From NCBI GenBank assembly GCA_002189035.1, contig NEEC01000439.1, forward strand, positions 1 through 33,283: a DNA stretch of 33,283 nucleotides. The letters are read 5' to 3'. Position numbers and translations under genes: made by a program. The DNA comes from Utricularia gibba (taxonomy: Eukaryota > Plantae > Magnoliophyta). Shown here piece after piece: positions 24,542 to 33,283 of this stretch (the stretch's first letter is position 1; each line of letters opens with the position of its first letter). The notes below the pieces were generated by a model. It worked only from the letters and a program-made list of their open reading frames with translations, did no database searches and had not been told where the DNA came from.

Positions 24542-25912
24542 CCATCAACCCGTTGAATCGTGTCGATGCTTGAGGGAAGACGACCACCCATTCATCTTTG
24601 TACGTTGCATCGGACCTGGTTGAAAGTGAGGACGGAAAATTGGCTACACTCGTAAAGGTGCACGAGCAGTATGCTGAATCGGATGATGGTCAAGCCGTTA
24701 GCATACGGAAAACACACTCGCGTGTTGCGCACGCGGCTTTAACGATTGCTTAACCGAGTGATCCCTTCTCTATCTCCATCCACAATCTGGGTAAAAGGCA
24801 TCCGGAGGTCAGGCATTGGAATGTCGTAAGGTATGAAGTATGCATGTTGCAAGGCGTGACCTGCTTGCGAAGCAATACCGATCCATTCCACGTTACCCGC
24901 TTCTTTGCAAAGCCTGGAGGGAGAATGGAATTTTGCATCAGGAGTGGATGCCATGGGGGTCGAATTATAAGGGGAGGTGTGCGTTTGTTCCGTGAGCTAT
25001 GTGGATTCGAAGCACAAGTGCTGGGTGGTCGAGTTATGGACTTTGGGTTAGGAGTGGCTACACTCTGGATCCACGATCGATATGTTCTTCGATGCTCTAT
25101 GACTCATTTCTCATTCAATGATGTCCACTCAATAGTAGCTTACGTGGCTCGCAACGTATGTTTGATATAGATGACATCCTTTAACCTGTATGGTCGAAGG
25201 TTTTCTCCTCCAAACGTATAGCGGCATGCCCACTTTCGTGTCCAAATATTCAGGAGGTCGGGGTGGTAGCCATCTAACGGCTGGATAGCACATCCACATC
25301 GTATGTGCTCCGTAGAATGAATCCGAAAATGTTAATGTTTCCAACGCACGTTGTTGGAGATCGGGAAAGTACATGGAGTGTCCTTGGCCACATTCTAGTA
25401 TTCATTGGATGCTGGCTGAGTTTGTTGCACAACAAAACACCCTCAAACGAGTAGCGATGGTGCACCATGATCCGCCATGGAGTGAACTCGTGACTCCTCT
25501 GCGTAAGTCTCACTTTGTTTCCATGGAAGATCATAAGGGAAAGCAATAGGAAAAACTAAGAAGTACTTGGTATCGTTGATGTTACAACCCTGCATCATTG
25601 ATCCTGATGTACCCCCTTCGTATCGTTGGACGACACATCAGTGGTGAAGTACTTGGCTAGAGTCCATGGGTTGGACTTTACGGTCCTATGGACGTGCGCA
25701 TCAGTGCTGGTCTAATCTCCACGCATCCTCATATCTTTCAACGGCCGCGATAATAGACCAACGGTCTCCTTGTCCAGTCCATTCGCTAAGGAGTCCAGAA
25801 CACCTGAAGGTAACGGCAAAGCTTGCGAGGCCCGTCCAGCAACGGAGAAAAGAAAGGAAGTAGTGCGCATGGATGTGAACGCCTAAAAGAGCGTGGGAGT
25901 TTGCACTAGAGA
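24542..25912. repeat. Representative full repeat unit (unit 19, 1371 bp, right-type haplotype)
   Basis: Complete anchor-to-anchor copy carrying ttgAtgtt, ttggCtag, ttaaCCtgt, tgaGGGaag and cacgaTCgat alleles. Confidence 0.97.
24754..25170 (+). other. Longest near-consensus stop-free frame (138 codons, PSDPFSISIHNLGK...YVARNVCLI); coding status unproven
   Basis: Open between the TAA at 24751-24753 and the TAG ending at 25170. It includes track ORF 24844..25170. It is intact only in copies with the ggaGGtg and cacgaTC/CCgat alleles. No recognisable family motif, and the length is within what chance could give. Confidence 0.15.
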
Positions 25913-28900
25913 CCATCAACCCGTTGAATCGTGTCGATGCTTGAGGGAAGACGACCACCCATTCATCTTTGTACGTTGCATCGGACCTGGTTGAAAGTGA
26001 GGACGGAAAATTGGCTACACTCGTAAAGGTGCACGAGCAGTATGCTGAATCGGATGATGGTCAAGCCGTTAGCATACGGAAAACACACTCGCGTGTTGCG
26101 CACGCGGCTTTAACGATTGCTTAACCGAGTGATCCCTTCTCTATCTCCATCCACAATCTGGGTAAAAGGCATCCGGAGGTCAGGCATTGGAATGTCGTAA
26201 GGTATGAAGTATGCATGTTGCAAGGCGTGACCTGCTTGCGAAGCAATACCGATCCATTCCACGTTACCCGCTTCTTTGCAAAGCCTGGAGGGAGAATGGA
26301 ATTTTGCATCAGGAGTGGATGCCATGGGGGTCGAATTATAAGGGGAGGTGTGCGTTTGTTCCGTGAGCTATGTGGATTCGAAGCACAAGTGCTGGGTGGT
26401 CGAGTTATGGACTTTGGGTTAGGAGTGGCTACACTCTGGATCCACGACGATATGTTCTTCGATGCTCTATGACTCATTTCTCATTCAATGATGTCCACTC
26501 AATAGTAGCTTACGTGGCTCGCAACGTATGTTTGATATAGATGACATCCTTTAACCTGTATGGTCGAAGGTTTTCTCCTCCCAAACGTATAGCGGCATGC
26601 CCACTTTCGTGTCCAAATATTCAGGAGGTCGGGGTGGTAGCCATCTAACGGCTGGATAGCACATCCACATCGTATGTGCTCCGTAGAATGAATCCGAAAA
26701 TGTTAATGTTTCCAACGCACGTTGTTGGAGATCGGGAAAGTACATGGAGTGTCCTTGGCCACATTCTAGTATTCATTGGATGCTGGCTGAGTTTGTTGCA
26801 CAACAAAACACCCTCAAACGAGTAGCGATGGTGCACCATGATCCGCCATGGAGTGAACTCGTGACTCCTCTGCGTAAGTCTCACTTTGTTTCCATGGAAG
26901 ATCATAAGGGAAAGCAATAGGAAAAACTAAGAAGTACTTGGTATCGTTGATGTTACAACCCTGCATCATTGATCCTGATGTACCCCCTTCGTATCGTTGG
27001 ACGACACATCAGTGGTGAAGTACTTGGTAGAGTCCATGGGTTGGACTTTACGGTCCTATGGACGTGCGCATCAGTGCTGGTCTAATCTCCACGCATCCTC
27101 ATATCTTTCAACGGCCGCGATAATAGACCAACGGTCTCCTTGTCCAGTCCATTCGCTAAGGAGTCCAGAACACCTGAAGGTAACGGCAAAGCTTGCGAGG
27201 CCCGTCCAGCAACGGAGAAAAGAAAGGAAGTAGTGCGCATGGATGTGAACGCCTAAAAAGCGTGGGAGTTTGCACTAGAGACCATCAACCCGTTGAATCG
27301 TGTCGATGCTTGAGGGAAGACGACCACCCATTCATCTTTGTACGTTGCATCGGACCTGGTTGAAAGTGAGGACGGAAAATTGGCTACACTCGAAAGGTGC
27401 ACGAGCAGTATGCTGAATCGGATGATGGTCAAGCCGTTAGCATACGGAAAACACACTCGCGTGTTGCGCACGCGGCTTTAACGATTGCTTAACCGAGTGA
27501 TCCCTCTCTATCTCCATCCACAATCTGGGTAAAAGGCATCCGGAGGTCAGGCATTGGAATGTCGTAAGGTATGAAGTATGCATGTTGCAAGGCGTGACCT
27601 GCTTGCGAAGCAATACCGATCCATTCCACGTTACCCGCTTCTTTGCAAAGCCTGGAGGGAGAATGGAATTTTGCATCAGGAGTGGATGCCATGGGGGTCG
27701 AATTATAAGGGGAGGTGTGCGTTTGTTCCGTGAGCTATGTGGATTCGAAGCACAAGTGCTGGGTGGTCGAGTTATGGACTTTGGGTTAGGAGTGGCTACA
27801 CTCTGGATCCACGATCGATATGTTCTTCGATGCTCTATGACTCATTTCTCATTCAATGATGTCCACTCAATAGTAGCTTACGTGGCTCGCAACGTATGTT
27901 TGATATAGATGACATCCTTTAACCTGTATGGTCGAAGGTTTTCTCCTCCCAAACGTATAGCGGCATGCCCACTTTCGTGTCCAAATATTCAGGAGGTCGG
28001 GGTGGTAGCCATCTAACGGCTGGATAGCACATCCACATCGTATGTGCTCGTAGAATGAATCCGAAAATGTTAATGTTTCCAACGCACGTTGTTGGAGATC
28101 GGAAAGTACATGGAGTGTCCTTGGCCACATTCTAGTATTCATTGGATGCTGGCTGAGTTTGTTGCACAACAAAACACCCTCAAACGAGTAGCGATGGTGC
28201 ACCATGATCCGCCATGGAGTGAACTCGTGACTCCTCTGCTGCGTAAGTCTCACTTTGTTTCCATGGAAGATCATAAGGGAAAGCAATAGGAAAAACTAAG
28301 AAGTACTTGGTATCGTTGGTGTTACAACCCTGCATCATTGATCCTGATGTACCCCTTCGTATCGTTGGACGACACATCAGTGGTGAAGTACTTGGTTAGA
28401 GTCCATGGGTTGGACTTTACGGTCCTATGGACGTGCGCATCAGTGCTGGTCTAATCTCCACGCATCCTCATATCTTTCAACGGCCGCGATAATAGACCAA
28501 CGGTCTCCTTGTCCAGTCCATTCGCTAAGGAGTCCAGAACACCTGAAGGTAACGGCAAAGCTTGCGAGGCCCGTCCAGCAACGGAGAAAAGAAAGGAAGT
28601 AGTGCGCATGGATGTGAACGCCTAAAAGAGCGTGGGAGTTTGCACTAGAGACCATCAACCCGTTGAATCGTGTCGATGCTTGAGGAAGACGACCACCCAT
28701 TCATCTTTGTACGTTGCATCGGACCTGGTTGAAAGTGAGGACGGAAAATTGGCTACACTCGTAAAGGTGCACGAGCAGTATGCTGAATCGGATGATGGTC
28801 AAGCCGTTAGCATACGGAAACACACTCGCGTGTTGCGCACGCGGCTTTAACGATTGCTTAACAAGTGATCCCTTCTCTATGTCCATCCACAATCTGGGTA

Positions 28901-31900
28901 AAAGGCATCCGGAGGTCAGGCATTGGAATGTCGTAAGGTATGAAGTATGCATGTTGCAAGGCGTGACCTGCTTGCGAAGCAATACCGATCCATTCCACGT
29001 TACCCGCTTCTTTGCAAAGCCTGGAGGGAGAATGGAATTTTGCATCAGGAGTGGATGCCATGGGGGTCGAATTATAAGGGGAGGTGTGCGTTTGTTCCGT
29101 GAGCTATGTGGATTCGAAGCACAAGTGCTGGGTGGTCGAGTTATGGACTTTGGGTTAGGAGTGGCTACACTCTGGATCCACGATCGATATGTTCTTCGAT
29201 GCTCTATGACTCATTTCTCATTCAATGATGTCCACTCAATAGTAGCTTACGTGGCTCGCAACGTATGTTTGATATAGATGACATCCTTTAAACCTGTATG
29301 GTCGAAGGTTTTCTCCTCCCAAACGTATAGCGGCATGCCCACTTTCGTGTCCAAATATTCAGGAGGTCGGGGTGGTAGCCATCTAACGGCTGGATAGCAC
29401 ATCCACATCGTATGTGCTCCGTAGAATGAATCCGAAAATGTTAATGTTTCCAACGCACGTTGTTGGAGATCGGGAAAGTACATGGAGTGTCCTTGGCCAC
29501 ATTCTAGTATTCATTGGATGCTGGCTGAGTTTGTTGCACAACAAAACACCCTCAAACGAGTAGCGATGGTGCACCATGATCCGCCATGGAGTGAACTCGT
29601 GACTCCTCTGCGTAAGTCTCACTTTGTTTCCATGGAAGATCATAAGGGAAAGCAATAGGAAAAACTAAGAAGTACTGGTATCGTTGATGTTACAACCCTG
29701 CATCATTGATCCTGATGTACCCCCTTCGTATCGTTGGACGACACATCAGTGGTGAAGTACTTGCTAGAGTCCATGGGTTGGACTTTACGGTCCTATGGAC
29801 GTGCGCATCAGTGCTGGTCTAATCTCCACGCATCCTCATATCTTTCAACGGCCGCGATAATAGACCAACGGTCTCCTTGTCCAGTCCATTCGCTAAGGAG
29901 TCCAGAACACCTGAAGGTAACGGCAAAGCTTGCGAGGCCCGTCCAGCAACGGAGAAAAGAAAGGAAGTAGTGCGCATGGATGTGAACGCCTAAAAGAGCG
30001 TGGGAGTTTGCACTAGAGACCATCAACCCGTTGAATCGTGTCGATGCTTGAGGGAAGACGACCACCCATTCATCTTTGTACGTTGCATCGGACCTGGTTG
30101 AAAGTGAGGACGGAAAATTGGCTACACTCGTGAAGGTGCACGAGCAGTATGCTGAATCGGATGATGGTCAAGCCGTTAGCATACGGAAAACACACTCGCG
30201 TGTTGCGCACGCGGCTTTAACGATTGCTTAACCGAGTGATCCCTTCTCTATCCATCCACAATCTGGGTAAAAGGCATCCGGAGGTCAGGCATTGGAATGT
30301 CGTAAGGTATGAAGTATGCATGTTGCAAGGCGTGACCTGCTTGCGAAGCAATACCGATCCATTCCACGTTACCCGCTTCTTTGCAAAGCCTGGAGGGAGA
30401 ATGGAATTTTGCATCAGGAGTGGATGCCATGGGGGTCGAATTATAAGGGAGTGTGCGTTTGTTCCGTGAGCTATGTGGATTCGAAGCACAAGTGCTGGGT
30501 GGTCGAGTTATGGACTTTGGGTTAGGAGTGGCTACACTCTGGATCCACGATTATGTTCTTCGATGCTCTATGACTCATTTCTCATTCAATGATGTCCACT
30601 CAATAGTAGCTTACGTGGCTCGCAACGTATGTTTGATATAGATGACATCCTTTAACCTGTATGGTCGAAGGTTTTCTCCTCCCAAACGTATAGCGGCATG
30701 CCCACTTTCGTGTCCAAATATTCAGGAGGTCGGGGTGGTAGCCATCTAACGGCTGGATAGCACATCCACATCGTATGTGCTCCGTAGAATGAATCCGAAA
30801 ATGTTAATGTTTCCAACGCACGTTGTTGGAGATCGGGAAAGTACATGGAGTGTCCTTGGCCACATTCTAGTATTCATTGGATGCTGCTGAGTTTGTTGCA
30901 CAACAAAACACCCTCAAACGAGTAGCGATGGTGCACCATGATCCGCCATGGAGTGAACTCGTGACTCCTCTGCGTAAGTCTCACTTTGTTTCCATGGAAG
31001 ATCATAAGGGAAAGCAATAGGAAAAACTAAGAAGTACTTGGTATCGTTGATGTTACAACCCTGCATCATTGATCCTGATGTACCCCCTTCGTATCGTTGG
31101 ACGACACATCAGTGGTGAAGTACTTGGCTAGAGTCCATGGGTTGGACTTTACGGTCCTATGGACGTGCGCATCAGTGCTGGTCTAATCTCCACGCATCCT
31201 CATATCTTTCAACGGCCGCGATAATAGACCAACGGTCTCCTTGTCCAGTCCATTCGCTAAGGAGTCCAGAACACCTGAAGGTAACGGCAAAGCTTGCGAG
31301 GCCCGTCCAGCAACGGAGAAAAGAAAGGAAGTAGTGCGCATGGATGTGAACGCCTAAAAGAGCGTGGGAGTTTGCACTAGAGACCATCAACCCGTTGAAT
31401 CGTGTCGATGCTTGAGGGAAGACGACCACCCATTCATCTTTGTACGTTGCATCGGACCTGGTTGAAAGTGAGGACGGAAAATTGGCTACACTCGTAAAGG
31501 TGCACGAGCAGTATGCTCAATCGGATGATGGTCAAGCCGTTAGCATACGGAAAACACACTCGCGTGTTGCGCACGCGGCTTTAACGATTGCTTAACCGAG
31601 TGATCCCTTCTCTATCTCCATCCACAATCTGGGTAAAAGGCATCCGGAGGTCAGGCATTGGAATGTCGTAAGGTATGAAGTATGCATGTTGCAAGGCGTG
31701 ACCTGCTTGCGAAGCAATACCGATCCATTCCACGTTACCCGCTTCTTTGCAAAGCCTGGAGGGAGAATGGAATTTTGCATCAGGAGTGGATGCCATGGGG
31801 GTCGAATTATAAGGGGAGGTGTGCGTTTGTTCCGTGAGCTATGTGGATTCGAAGCACAAGTGCTGGGTGGTCGAGTTATGGACTTTGGGTTAGGAGTGGC

Positions 31901-32753
31901 TACACTCTGGATCCACGACCGATATGTTCTTCGATGCTCTATGACTCATTTCTCATTCAATGATGTCCACTCAATAGTAGCTTACGTGGCTCGCAACGTA
32001 TGTTTGATATAGATGACATCCTTTAACCTGTATGGTCGAAGGTTTTCTCCTCCCAAACGTATAGCGGCATGCCCACTTTCGTGTCCAAATATTCAGAGGT
32101 CGGGTGGTAGCCATCTAACGGCTGGATAGCACATCCACATCGTATGTGCTCCGTAGAATGAATCCGAAAATGTTAATGTTTCCAACGCACGTTGTTGGAG
32201 ATCGGGAAAGTACATGGAGTGTCCTTGGCCACATTCTAGTATTCATTGGATGCTGGCTGAGTTTGTTGCACAACAAAACACCCTCAAACGAGTAGCGATG
32301 GTGCACCATGATCCGCCATGGAGTGAACTCGTGACTCCTCTGCGTAAGTCTCACTTTGTTTCCATGGAAGATCATAAGGGAAAGCAATAGGAAAAACTAA
32401 GAAGTACTTGGTATCGTTGATGTTACAACCCTGCATCATTGATCCTGATGTACCCCCTTCGTATCGTTGGACGACACATCAGTGGTGAAGTACTTGGCTA
32501 GAGTCCATGGGTTGGACTTTACGGTCCTATGGACGTGCGCATCAGTGCTGGTCTAATCTCCACGCATCCTCATATCTTTCAACGGCCGCGATAATAGACC
32601 AACGGTCTCCTTGTCCAGTCCATTCGCTAAGGAGTCCAGAACACCTGAAGGTAACGGCAAAGCTTGCGAGGCCCGTCCAGCAACGGAGAAAAGAAAGGAA
32701 GTAGTGCGCATGGATGTGAACGCCTAAAAGAGCGTGGGAGTTTGCACTAGAGA

Positions 32754-33283
32754 CCATCAACCCGTTGAATCGTGTCGATGCTTGAGGGAAGACGACCACC
32801 CATTCATCTTTGTACGTTGCATCGGACCTGGTTGAAAGTGAGGACGGAAAATTGGCTACACTCGTGAAGGTGCACGAGCAGTATGCTCAATCGGATGATG
32901 GTCAAGCCGTTAGCATACGGAACACACTCGCGTGTTGCGCACGCGGCTTTAACGATTGCTTAACCGAGTGATCCCTTCTCTATCTCCATCCACAATCTGG
33001 GTAAAAGGCATCCGGAGGTCAGGCATTGGAATGTCGTAAGGTATGAAGTATGCATGTTGCAAGGCGTGACCTGCTTGCGAAGCAATACCGATCCATTCCA
33101 CGTTACCCGCTTCTTTGCAAAGCCTGGAGGGAGAATGGAATTTTGCATCAGGAGTGGATGCCATGGGGTCGAATTATAAGGGGAGGTGCGTTTGTTCCGT
33201 GAGCTATGTGGATTCGAAGCACAAGTGCTGGGTGGTCGAGTTATGGACTTTGGGTTAGGAGTGGCTACACTCTGGATCCACGA
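32754..33283. repeat. Partial terminal copy (first ~530 bp of the unit), truncated by the window end
   Basis: Matches the unit start through ...CTCTGGATCCACGA with no junction to unique sequence. Confidence 0.95.

Larger units (their letters stand above)
1..33283. repeat. Direct tandem array of a ~1.37-kb unit, ~24.4 copies
   Basis: The anchor CCATCAACCCGTTGAATC recurs at 1, 1355, 2696, 4049, 5410, 6778, 8145, 9509, 10869, 12238, 13608, 14973, 16341, 17709, 19073, 20439, 21804, 23171, 24542, 25913, 27282, 28652, 30020, 31384 and 32754. Unit lengths are 1341-1371 bp and all copies have the same orientation. The ORF track repeats with the same period. The unit phase is arbitrary, set by the window start. 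Confidence 0.99.

Noticed and set aside
28780-29277. The longest track ORFs (165 aa here; 169 aa at 9559..10068; 141 aa at 9638..10063)
   Set aside because: They arise only from copy-specific 1-nt indels that fuse different frames and are absent from most copies.
1-33283. The ~170 short ORFs in the track as separate genes
   Set aside because: They are recurring copies of about a dozen 60-120-aa frames on both strands that overlap each other. Their ends shift with indels, and none has a recognisable domain or a consistent ribosome-binding site.
1-33283. CRISPR array or repeat-spacer system
   Set aside because: There are no short repeats separated by unique spacers. The entire 1.37-kb unit is repeated and no cas genes are visible.
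1-33283. IS, transposon or LTR element
   Set aside because: No terminal inverted repeats, target-site duplications, long terminal repeats or transposase/RT motifs were detected in the unit.

Overview
The whole 33,283-bp window is one head-to-tail tandem array of a ~1.37-kb unit: 24 complete copies plus a 530-bp partial copy, with no unique flank, inversion or insertion. The unit is ~48-49% GC (hand count on one copy), and its consensus is 1366-1372 bp depending on a few recurrent indel sites. All ORFs in the supplied track are recurring copies of about a dozen short frames. I recognise no gene, RNA gene, transposase, Rep protein or CRISPR array. Copies differ mostly by small indels typical of long-read error, worst in units 1-4. 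Several variants are positionally clustered or shared by neighbouring copies, which fits a real evolving genomic array better than repeated copying of one circular template. The identity of the unit cannot be settled from the sequence alone: unrecognised macrosatellite, amplified gene fragment, or concatemer of a small circular element.
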